NCBI GenBank assembly: GCA_903860135.1
Contig: CAIOPG010000009.1
Coordinates: 37,916 to 101,915, forward strand
Source of the DNA: Candidatus Omnitrophota bacterium
GTDB taxonomy: Bacteria > Omnitrophota > Gorgyraeia > Zapsychrales > Fredricksoniimonadaceae
Direction of reading: 5' to 3'
DNA: 64,000 bases
Shown here: positions 18,619 through 26,357 of the stretch, one piece after another
Position numbering within the stretch: position 1 is the stretch's first letter
How the letters are laid out: each line of letters starts with the position of its first letter
The notes under the pieces: model-generated
Databases searched by the model: none
Told to the model about the DNA's origin: nothing
What the model saw: only the letters and a program-made list of their open reading frames with translations
Position numbers and translations under genes: made by a program

Positions 18619-18726
18619 ATGGCAGATCTGATCCCCACGAATTTCAAAGTCACCGTTGACATAACCCCAGGCGCTATGATCTTTTTAGGCGCGGCGATCG
18701 TTTTCATCGTCTTTACAGCTAAATAA
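18619..18726 (+). CDS. Small phage membrane protein (35 aa)
   Basis: MADLIPTNFKVTVDITPGAMIFLGAAIVFIVFTAK; AAAGG RBS. Confidence 0.55.
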   Translation: MADLIPTNFKVTVDITPGAMIFLGAAIVFIVFTAK

Positions 18727-18747
18727 GATCTCGCCTAACCCCTCACC

Positions 18748-18783
18748 AAGAGCCCGTCGCGCGATAATTGCACGGGCTCTTTC
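18748..18783 (+). terminator. Hairpin at the end of the late operon
   Basis: AAGAGCCCGT (18748-18757) and ACGGGCTCTT (18772-18781) form an inverted repeat; short T tract. Confidence 0.55.
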
Positions 18784-18960
18784 CACGTTCGGGATTTTTC
18801 CGGCTCATGGGGCGGCTCAAAAAATAGAGGCCTTAAAAACGATTTAAACGCAAACTATGCGAACATCGAGGGTCAATTATACTCTGGTTCAACTTCTCCG
18901 ACGGAGAAAAGACAGGGTGGAATAAAGAAAATAAAAAGAAGAAAAAAGTCAGAAACTCGC

Positions 18961-18990
18961 TTGACACTCACAGACACACTCTGATATATT
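18961..18990 (+). promoter_or_regulatory. Near-consensus sigma70 promoter, probably giving a leaderless mRNA
   Basis: TTGACA-18 bp-TATATT with a TGn extension and an A-rich UP-like tract. The ATG starts 7 nt after the -10 box and has no RBS. Confidence 0.7.
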
Positions 18991-18996
18991 TTAATC

Positions 18997-19188
18997 ATGT
19001 CAAAAGCAATCAAATCACAGGTGATGACGGTCAGAGAGGCTTGCGATTATATGAAGATTTCGCGATCCACTGTCAACCGTTTTATGAAGTCCGGCGACCT
19101 CCATTATGTTAAGTTGGCTGGTGCTATCCGCTTCTTCGAGCGCGATATACTTAACTTCTTGAATTCACACAGAGTTACGACGAATTAA
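18997..19188 (+). CDS. Excisionase-type (HTH_17/MerR-like) DNA-binding protein
   Basis: MTVREACDYMKISRSTVNRFMKSGDLHYVKLAGAIRF..DI pattern. Confidence 0.85.
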   Translation: MSKAIKSQVMTVREACDYMKISRSTVNRFMKSGDLHYVKLAGAIRFFERDILNFLNSHRVTTN

Positions 19189-19223
19189 AACGCTCTTTTT
19201 GATGTAAAAAGCACGGTTTTCAA

Positions 19224-19251
19224 CTACGGCCGGACATATATTATAGGAAGT
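19224..19251 (-). other. attR: dif-like site with a non-canonical XerD arm
   Basis: Minus strand reads ACTTCCTATAA-TATATG-TCCGGCCGTAG; XerC arm and central 6 bp are identical to dif. Confidence 0.88.
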
Positions 19252-19287
19252 TGCAGGGGATGTAAAAATGCCTGCGGAAAAATGAAT

Positions 19288-20346
19288 TCACTCCGGTTTT
19301 CCTAATAATTTCATAACGATCTTGGCGCTCCCTGATGGCATGGGATATTTCAAAAGGTCTTGCCTGCTGGCCCAGCGTTGATTCAGCCCCGGCTTGAAAC
19401 GATCTACTGCCAGAACGGCGTTAAACGCGACCAGATTCACCTTGTTTGTTGTGTAATAATGCCTCACCCGGCAGAATTCTTCTTTAATAAGACAGGTTTG
19501 GCCTAATTCTTCCATTAATTCACGTTCCAATGCTTGTTGCAGTGAATTATCTGAATTCTCCAGTTTTCCGCCAGGAAATTCCCAGAGACCAGCCAACAGT
19601 CCTTTTTCAGGTCTTTTCTGTATGAGGTACTTATTGTTCTTTTTTATCAGCGCGATCACGGCGGTTATCTCGTTCAACGTGACTTTCTTTGATTCAGGGA
19701 TAAGTTCCTGCTCACCTTTCTTAAATGACCGGCATTCGCTTAGCAACGGGCATAAATTGCATTTGGGTAGTTGGCTGGTACAAACCATGGCACCCAGTTC
19801 CATCATAGCCTGATTAAAATCACCGGCACCTTGCGCCGGCATGACCTGTTCAAGCGATTTTAGAATATTTTTATCCAAGGTGATCGATGCCTGGCCGTGA
19901 ATATTCAATATACGCATCATGACGCGGCGGACATTGGCATCGACCAATGGGATGCGCCAGTCAAAGGCAATGCTCGCCACCGAAGCAGACATGTAGGGTC
20001 CGAAACCAGGTAATTTTATCAAAATCGCCGGATCCCGAGGAAGTTGGCCCTGAAATTCATTGATGATGATCGACGCCGCTTTGTGTAAATTCCTCGCCCG
20101 GTTGTAATAACCAAGGCCTTGCCAGGCTTTTAAAACCTTTTCAATGGAGGCATGGGCTAAAGAATGAATATCCGGGAATGTTTTGATCCAGCGCGGGTAA
20201 TATCCGAGCACTGTTTTTACCGTTGTCTGTTGCAGCATGGCCTCGGAGATCCATATGCCATAGGGATCCCGCGTATCACGCCATGGCATCGGACGCGCAT
20301 GCCGGTGATACCATTTAAGGAGCTTGGCGGCAAACGATTCAGGCAT
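19288..20346 (-). CDS. mutY: A/G-specific adenine glycosylase with C-terminal NUDIX domain
   Basis: WISEAMLQQT, WQGLGYY.RARNL, LPGFGPY, VDANVRRV, 4Fe-4S CX6CX2CX5C, GLWEFPGGK. Confidence 0.95.
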   Translation of the reverse strand: MPESFAAKLLKWYHRHARPMPWRDTRDPYGIWISEAMLQQTTVKTVLGYYPRWIKTFPDIHSLAHASIEKVLKAWQGLGYYNRARNLHKAASIIINEFQGQLPRDPAILIKLPGFGPYMSASVASIAFDWRIPLVDANVRRVMMRILNIHGQASITLDKNILKSLEQVMPAQGAGDFNQAMMELGAMVCTSQLPKCNLCPLLSECRSFKKGEQELIPESKKVTLNEITAVIALIKKNNKYLIQKRPEKGLLAGLWEFPGGKLENSDNSLQQALERELMEELGQTCLIKEEFCRVRHYYTTNKVNLVAFNAVLAVDRFKPGLNQRWASRQDLLKYPMPSGSAKIVMKLLGKPE

Positions 20347-21187
20347 GAACCAGCTGAACAAAGTTTTTGGATGAAGATATTTCGGCACGATGGCCGTAGG
20401 TGAAAGGCAACTTGATGTGCGATCCATCGACGAAGATAACGCCACGCGGCATCATCGAGGTGATGATGATCTTGCCTGGTTTGGCCACAAGTCCGCCCGA
20501 TAACTGCTGGCGCACGCCACGACCATGGTAAAGTTCACGCGGTTTATACTGAAGAGCGGTCGAGTCCAGTGGCATGGCCAACCCGCCCGCTGAAGCCATC
20601 GCGCCGGTTGAACCGGCAGCGGTTGATATCCATATCCCTGAATCGCGCTGATCCTCTTCTTCGCCGCCGATCGTGATCGTGTAACGGCTCATGGCCGCCG
20701 GGTTGGTATGGCAGATCAAAATATCATTAAGGCATTCGATTTGCCGCGAGGTCGCCTCATCTTTTATAACCAGTTTCAATTTATAAAGGCGGCGCAGTTG
20801 GGCTTTTCCGCAGAGAAACTTCTTCAAGAGCATTTCAAATGTTGTCACATCAGCTGAGCAAAATTGGCCCACACTCCAGGCTGGATCTGAATTGACAGCG
20901 AGGATCATTTGATGATTGGCCAGTGACCGGGCGGCTTCAAGGACAGTCCCATCACCACCAACCGTAATGACCAGGTCGTAAGCGGTGAAATCCACACGCG
21001 GCCCGCGCGAACGCTTGTCATAAGGAATACCGTTGGCTGTTAAAACTTTCTCGATAGCACGCAATGTGGCAAAGTGCGCGGTGTGATTATCCTGGAAACG
21101 TTTTACTTTGCCTAACCGTGATGCCCATTTTCCGGCAACAGACAATGAACTGCGTTTATAAACAACAAGGGTTTTAAGTTTTTTCAT
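20339..21187 (-). CDS. nadK: NAD(+) kinase
   Basis: GGDGT, LND and STAAGSTG motifs. Confidence 0.88.
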   Translation of the reverse strand: MKKLKTLVVYKRSSLSVAGKWASRLGKVKRFQDNHTAHFATLRAIEKVLTANGIPYDKRSRGPRVDFTAYDLVITVGGDGTVLEAARSLANHQMILAVNSDPAWSVGQFCSADVTTFEMLLKKFLCGKAQLRRLYKLKLVIKDEATSRQIECLNDILICHTNPAAMSRYTITIGGEEEDQRDSGIWISTAAGSTGAMASAGGLAMPLDSTALQYKPRELYHGRGVRQQLSGGLVAKPGKIIITSMMPRGVIFVDGSHIKLPFTYGHRAEISSSKNFVQLVHA

Positions 21188-21858
21188 AAGCTGTAATTTT
21201 GTTCAATAAACTTTTCAAGCCCTCGATAGTCTACAACGATCTTCGTCGCCTCTTTGAGGAATGCTTTGGGTAGAGATGTTTCCAGCGCGGCGCAGACTAA
21301 GCCGGCCTTGATGGCCGAGGTGATCCCATAAGGGGCATTTTCAATCACAAACGCCTCTGCCTTCTTAACTTTAAGCGCCTGCAATGCTTTTTGGTACGGT
21401 TCAGGGTGCGGCTTCCCCTTCTTCACATCGTTCCCGGTGATAATAACATCAAACTTTTGTATTAATTCTGACGGGAGTATCTGTTCAAGTTCATGCCGCG
21501 AAGTTCCGGTTACAACCGCGAGTTTGATAAATTTTTTATGATATTTCTTTATAAACACCCTTGCTCCGGGTACAAACCGCGTGCGTACGATTTGCTTGAA
21601 TAACATTTCTTTCTGGACTAATAACTTTTTTGCCTGTGCCGGGCTTAAGGGCTTTCCATATTGGGCAAATATTTCAACGATACCGACAATCCCGCGCTGG
21701 CCTTCACGGGCGTAAATTTCATAAGGATCTAGGCGAATCCCCTCGCCGGCAAAGATATGCGACCAGGCACGTACATGGTAGGGCATGGTCATGGTGATGA
21801 CACCATCCATATCAAATATAATCGCTTTTAATAATTTTTGAGGCGGATGCAGAGGCAT
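21184..21858 (-). CDS. HAD-family phosphatase (beta-phosphoglucomutase-like)
   Basis: FDMDGV, GKPHPEPY, IENAPYG motifs. Confidence 0.9.
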   Translation of the reverse strand: MPLHPPQKLLKAIIFDMDGVITMTMPYHVRAWSHIFAGEGIRLDPYEIYAREGQRGIVGIVEIFAQYGKPLSPAQAKKLLVQKEMLFKQIVRTRFVPGARVFIKKYHKKFIKLAVVTGTSRHELEQILPSELIQKFDVIITGNDVKKGKPHPEPYQKALQALKVKKAEAFVIENAPYGITSAIKAGLVCAALETSLPKAFLKEATKIVVDYRGLEKFIEQNYSL

Positions 21859-21873
21859 GGAATAATGATAGCG

Positions 21874-22302
21874 TTACTGGTGTGAACGTACTTTTTGAAT
21901 GCGCTTAAGTCGCTTCATAAAGTCTTCTCTTTTAGTCTTGAGGATCACATTTTTCTTGCGTTCTTTGGCATTTTCTTTTTCCCGGGCCTTGATTCTATCT
22001 AATTCTTTTTTCTTTAAATAATCCTTATTTTTTATAAAAGCTTTGAATCTTTTTTCTTCAGCGATCTTTTTTTCTTCGATGGCTTTCAGTCGTTCAATCT
22101 TGATATCATCATCTTCGCCATGATAAATTTGAATTTTTGGTTTTTGCACTGCATCCTCAGCATCAACAGCATCAACAGCATCAACAGGAACATTTGAATT
22201 AAGTAGTATGGTTGTTCTTTCAACAGCATCTTGAGCATGAGCAACGTTGAAAGGAAAAAGATAGACAAAGAATAAAAATAAATAATGCGTGTATTTCAAC
22301 AT
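21874..22302 (-). CDS. Secreted lysine-rich hypothetical protein
   Basis: Signal peptide ending AHA-Q; VDA repeated three times; charged coiled-coil C-terminus. Confidence 0.6.
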   Translation of the reverse strand: MLKYTHYLFLFFVYLFPFNVAHAQDAVERTTILLNSNVPVDAVDAVDAEDAVQKPKIQIYHGEDDDIKIERLKAIEEKKIAEEKRFKAFIKNKDYLKKKELDRIKAREKENAKERKKNVILKTKREDFMKRLKRIQKVRSHQ

Positions 22303-22452
22303 GTGAATATCTCCCTTGAATAAGCATACCATTTATTCAGCAATATTGCTTTAATTCGCATTCCTAGTTTTAAAAATGCCTGATGCAGATAATGGAAGCT
22401 TGAAAATCAATATTTTTAGTATAACATAGGGAAATCCTCAATCAATCCTGAT

Positions 22453-23037
22453 TTGACTATTATGAAGAATTCTTTTAATTTATCCCTCCTTCTGCATGTT
22501 TGTTGTGCCCCCTGTGCCGGCGGAATCATCGAAACATTGGTTCAAGAAGGTGTACGCTTTACGCTTTATTTCTACAATCCTAATATCTATCCTCGGAAAG
22601 AATATTGGCAACGTAAGAATGAGATCCAGCGTTTTGCTGAAAAATCAGGGGTCAGTTTTATTGATGAAGACGACACCGCTGACCTGTGGTTTGAACGCAC
22701 AAAAGGCCTTGAAACTGAACCTGAGCGAGGCCTCCGTTGTAAAGTATGTTTTGATATGCGCCTGGAAAGAGCGGCGCATTATGCGCACAATAATGGTTAC
22801 AACATCTTGGGAACAACCAATGGGATATCCCGCTGGAAAGATGCCTCTCAGGTTAACAACGCCTTAATTAATGCCACAAAAGCCTACCCAGGACTTGACT
22901 ATCTCGATCGTGACTGGCGCAAGCATGGAGGGATGGAGCGTATGTCTGCTATAACAAAAAAAGAAGGCTTCTACCGGCAGACTTATTGCGGCTGCCTATA
23001 TTCCCTGCAGATGATCAAAAACAAAAAAACCCTGTAA
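22453..23037 (+). CDS. queH: Epoxyqueuosine reductase QueH (DUF208)
   Basis: LLHVCCAPC, YNPNIYP..EY, ERG.RC..CF, YRQ.YCGC motifs. Confidence 0.92.
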   Translation: MTIMKNSFNLSLLLHVCCAPCAGGIIETLVQEGVRFTLYFYNPNIYPRKEYWQRKNEIQRFAEKSGVSFIDEDDTADLWFERTKGLETEPERGLRCKVCFDMRLERAAHYAHNNGYNILGTTNGISRWKDASQVNNALINATKAYPGLDYLDRDWRKHGGMERMSAITKKEGFYRQTYCGCLYSLQMIKNKKTL

Positions 23038-23058
23038 GATCATGCCTTACAGGGTTTT
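23026..23058. terminator. Bidirectional intrinsic terminator
   Basis: AAAACCCTGTAAG / CTTACAGGGTTTT 13-bp stem between convergent genes. Confidence 0.8.
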
Positions 23059-23079
23059 AGATTATCAACTCAGAATACC

Positions 23080-23169
23080 TTAGATGAGGATATCAACGTT
23101 ATCCCAACCGAAGATCTCGCGCTGAGCCTGGTTGATTTTGATCGGTTTATCTTCTTTCCATTCGCTCAT
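23080..23169 (-). CDS. 29-aa small protein MSEWKEDKPIKINQAQREIFGWDNVDILI
   Basis: GAAAGGTGGT RBS, its own promoter, and a terminator just downstream. Confidence 0.6.
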   Translation of the reverse strand: MSEWKEDKPIKINQAQREIFGWDNVDILI

Positions 23170-23242
23170 ACAGCACCACCTTTCTTGAATTTGATGTCAA
23201 AAGATCGTTTTAGAAAACAGATCTTCATGCATCAATGTAATA

Positions 23243-23272
23243 ATTATACACTATGCCCAAGGTTATTGCCAA
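23243..23272 (-). promoter_or_regulatory. Sigma70 promoter for the 29-aa ORF
   Basis: Minus strand TTGGCA-18 bp-TATAAT with an A tract upstream. Confidence 0.6.
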
Positions 23273-23302
23273 TTTTTTTTGCACCTTTGGTTTCTTCTTC
23301 TT

Positions 23303-23704
23303 TTAGGGCTTTACCTGCGCTTGGCGGATGAAGAGCGGCAATGATAGCTCACTGCGGCTGTCAACGGCAAGTTCCAAGGCATACTCCCCCGGCTTGGCCA
23401 GATTAAGGCCCTGGATATTGAGAACAATGTCCGTTGAGGCGGAACGCTGATTTTCAGGCATATTGATGGTGAAAGATCCTGTAGCCGGCGGAAGTACATT
23501 CTTCCCGTCCTCATCTATGATCCGAGTTACAATCGCATGTTCCCCGTTCTCGATAGCGTCAAAGCGCATTTTGACAGCGACCGAACAATGCGGATAAACA
23601 GCCGGGAATTGACGCACCCAGATCGTATCAAACGCGCCAAGGATATTCAGTTTCCCGTTCTCGGAAGTTGCGGCATCACAAATGGCAAATACTTCGACCT
23701 GCAT
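23303..23704 (-). CDS. Conserved hypothetical beta-sandwich protein (DUF6941-like)
   Basis: AICDAA..NGKLNILGAFD..PGEY pattern; AGGAG RBS. Confidence 0.65.
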   Translation of the reverse strand: MQVEVFAICDAATSENGKLNILGAFDTIWVRQFPAVYPHCSVAVKMRFDAIENGEHAIVTRIIDEDGKNVLPPATGSFTINMPENQRSASTDIVLNIQGLNLAKPGEYALELAVDSRSELSLPLFIRQAQVKP

Positions 23705-23794
23705 AAAAGATCTCCTTTTAACACCTGGCATGAACCTGAAAGATATGCTGACATAAGTTTGTCAATTTGAAGATTGTAGCATATAATCCTGAAC

Positions 23795-24769
23795 ATGAAA
23801 TTAGGAAAATACGAACTTAACCAGCCGCTTGTCCTTGCGCCAATGGAAGATGTCACAGATCTTCCCTTCCGCCTTGTCTGTAAACGCCTTGGTGCCGATA
23901 TTACTGTCACAGAATTTACGGCGGCAGAAGCCCTTATCCGCCGGGTTGGCCGGGCCATTAAGAAAATCAGTATTCAGGAAGAGGAGCGCCCGGTCGGGAT
24001 CCAGCTTTTTGGTTCACGCCCTGAAGCGCTGAAAGAGGCCGCAGGCATTGCAGAGGAATGTGCGCCTGATTTCATTGATATCAATTGCGGCTGTTGGGTT
24101 AAAAATCATGTGGCACGCACCGAAGGCGCCGGTTTACTGCGCGATCTCCCATTATTTGAAAAAATTGTCAAAGCGACCGTGGCAGGGACAAAACTTCCCG
24201 TCACGGTCAAGACACGGCTAGGATGGGATCATGATAACATTGTCATCATGGATGTCGCTAAAATGGTCGAAGACTGCGGCGCCAAGATGCTCACCTTGCA
24301 TTGCCGCACACGTTCCCAGGCGCATCGGGGATTTGCCGATTGGACATGGCTTACCCGCGTCAAACAAGCCATTTCTATCCCGCTGATCGGTAACGGTGAC
24401 ATCCTGACCCCTCAGGACGTCAAAGCCATGTTGGATACCGGTTGCGACGGCGTCATGATCGGACGGGGGGCTGTTTCCAATCCGTGGATCTTTACCCAGG
24501 CCAAACATTATCTGGCCACCGGTGAAATCTTACCTGAGCCGTCGATCCCGCAACGGATTGAAATGTGCATCGCGCATTTGGCCGATTCCTGCCGCCTCAA
24601 AGACTGCCGCAATCCTGTTCTGGCGTTCCGCAAGCATTATGTGGGGTATCTAAAAGGTATGCCGGGTATCGCAAAACTGCGAGCTGATCTTATGCGTCTT
24701 GAAGATCAGGAATCTGTCACCCGTCGTTTAAAGGCTTTTGCTGATGATTGCTTTTCGCCGTCCATCTGA
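23795..24769 (+). CDS. dusB: tRNA-dihydrouridine synthase (DusB/NifR3)
   Basis: LAPMEDVTD.PFR, IDINCGC, PVTVKTRLGW, GNGDI, DGVMIGRG motifs. Confidence 0.92.
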   Translation: MKLGKYELNQPLVLAPMEDVTDLPFRLVCKRLGADITVTEFTAAEALIRRVGRAIKKISIQEEERPVGIQLFGSRPEALKEAAGIAEECAPDFIDINCGCWVKNHVARTEGAGLLRDLPLFEKIVKATVAGTKLPVTVKTRLGWDHDNIVIMDVAKMVEDCGAKMLTLHCRTRSQAHRGFADWTWLTRVKQAISIPLIGNGDILTPQDVKAMLDTGCDGVMIGRGAVSNPWIFTQAKHYLATGEILPEPSIPQRIEMCIAHLADSCRLKDCRNPVLAFRKHYVGYLKGMPGIAKLRADLMRLEDQESVTRRLKAFADDCFSPSI

Positions 24770-24770
24770 T

Positions 24771-26357
24771 TCAATCCCCTACGTGTTCTCTATTATCCTT
24801 ATAATTTCGATCAGAGGAAACTCTATAAACAGAGTACCTTTCACCGTCGGACATCACCTGTTGAAAAACCTTCATCAGAACAACATGGTCAAAGCTTAGC
24901 TCTTTCCGACTCATATCAAGATGTAAGAATTTCTGAACAGGCCCCTTAGAATGCAATACTAAATAGGCAAAACGGCCATTTAAAATGTCAGCTGTTACCT
25001 TTTTCTTAATGTTTAAATTGTGATTAAATTCATGAAAATTCGTAAAGACATAATAGTTCGGTGAAATACCGCTAATAAGAGCAATGGGCTGAATATGGCA
25101 CATAAAAATATCATCATCCACCAACACCAGCCCTCGTCTGTCCCAAGCCATTGTTTTTAAAAACTCACCGACAGCTTTATGATCAACATAACTTGCTTCA
25201 TTAGAAAACATATCCGGCATTGTATGCTGGTGATCATAAAAAATATAGGAAAAGCCGGACAGCAAGAATATAAGTGCTAACAGAAAAAGAAAACTCATTC
25301 GAAAGAATGATGCAACAGTATCAATAAAAAATACCGCGTAAGGGATCAAAAATATTCCCAATAAAATACTGTAACGCGAAAATAGCATCAAATGTCCCGA
25401 AGATGAAGAAATTGAAAAAACAAAGAGCAAAACAAAAAAGAAAATAGCCAATACCGCCCCTCGCCGTAACCAAACCGCAAAGGCAATGCCGAACAAGCCC
25501 CCTAGCACGATCCCCGACCCTGAATTTTTCCAAAGAAGGATCAACCAACTATAAATCCTTGGGTCATAGAACGGGTTGGCTGATCTAACACTCTCCGATC
25601 CCATCGTCGCTGGATGGCTGAAAGAATAGAAAGCATTATGAAAATATAATTGACTTAACCAAAGATGACTGCCCGGAGCTATTAATAATAAAAACAAGAA
25701 CAGCAGTGACATTTTTTTATTTATTTTCCATAGAAGAATAAACAAACAAGGTATAAAAACCCAAGATTCATACCTTAAAACTGATGCTATATTAAAAAAT
25801 AGCGCAGAAAGAAAAAGATATGAAAGCTTGCCGCTAACATCTTTGAACCGGAAAAAATAGTAAAATGAACAAAAAATAAAAAAATAATACACGGCATCTG
25901 ATGTCGTTGTACTGCTTTGAACGATATGTAAAGGATAACAAACAAGCAGTAGACTTGAAATGAACGCGACCCTTTGATTGAACAGGATCTTTACCGTTCC
26001 ATAAAATGGGAGAATAAGAAAAACACCAAATAAAAGTGAAAAAACCTTTGGTGCCAAGATCGGATCACGCCAAAAGAACAAGAAAGACGCCATAAAATAT
26101 TTGTATAACGTCGAACAAGCCGGTACAAAATTACGCTGTAAACCAGGAGCCTCAAGTATGCGCAGCGACTCCACTACGTGCCCCGCAGCATCGCCGACAA
26201 TATTATGACGATAATTGAAAAGAAAAGTCAGACGGAGAATGCCAGCTAGAATGATCAAACTAATGATCTGGATCATTTCACTCTTTAACCATGTTAAAAC
26301 ACGCCGCATACTTAATCCTGACAAGCCTTTTCGAAGCGTGTCTGTGCGTATTATCAT
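24771..26357 (-). CDS. GT-C fold membrane glycosyltransferase (ArnT/PMT-like)
   Basis: Many TM helices; LRL..GD acidic loop motif, SD and RYE motifs; AT-rich. Confidence 0.7.
   Translation of the reverse strand: MIIRTDTLRKGLSGLSMRRVLTWLKSEMIQIISLIILAGILRLTFLFNYRHNIVGDAAGHVVESLRILEAPGLQRNFVPACSTLYKYFMASFLFFWRDPILAPKVFSLLFGVFLILPFYGTVKILFNQRVAFISSLLLVCYPLHIVQSSTTTSDAVYYFFIFCSFYYFFRFKDVSGKLSYLFLSALFFNIASVLRYESWVFIPCLFILLWKINKKMSLLFLFLLLIAPGSHLWLSQLYFHNAFYSFSHPATMGSESVRSANPFYDPRIYSWLILLWKNSGSGIVLGGLFGIAFAVWLRRGAVLAIFFFVLLFVFSISSSSGHLMLFSRYSILLGIFLIPYAVFFIDTVASFFRMSFLFLLALIFLLSGFSYIFYDHQHTMPDMFSNEASYVDHKAVGEFLKTMAWDRRGLVLVDDDIFMCHIQPIALISGISPNYYVFTNFHEFNHNLNIKKKVTADILNGRFAYLVLHSKGPVQKFLHLDMSRKELSFDHVVLMKVFQQVMSDGERYSVYRVSSDRNYKDNREHVGD

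Larger units (their letters stand above)
9154..19252 (+). mobile_element. PM2-like (Corticoviridae-like, double-jelly-roll) provirus integrated at dif; unit length 10,080 bp
   Basis: 19-bp direct repeat ACATATATTATAGGAAGTT at 9154-9172 and 19234-19252. Contains a P2-like capsid, packaging ATPase, membrane proteins, spike and initiator, all on the + strand; no integrase seen. Confidence 0.92.

Noticed and set aside
9154-19252. Filamentous (inovirus) prophage, as is usual at dif
   Set aside because: The ATPase is short with no TM anchor (not Zot-like), a 283-aa PM2-like capsid is present, and there is no rolling-circle Rep.
22158-22187. 9-bp tandem repeat CAGCATCAA x3
   Set aside because: In-frame VDA repeat in a linker; not a phase-variation tract.
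23795-24769. dus gene as the provirus integration site
   Set aside because: It is 4.5 kb from the element and intact; the boundaries are explained by the dif repeat.
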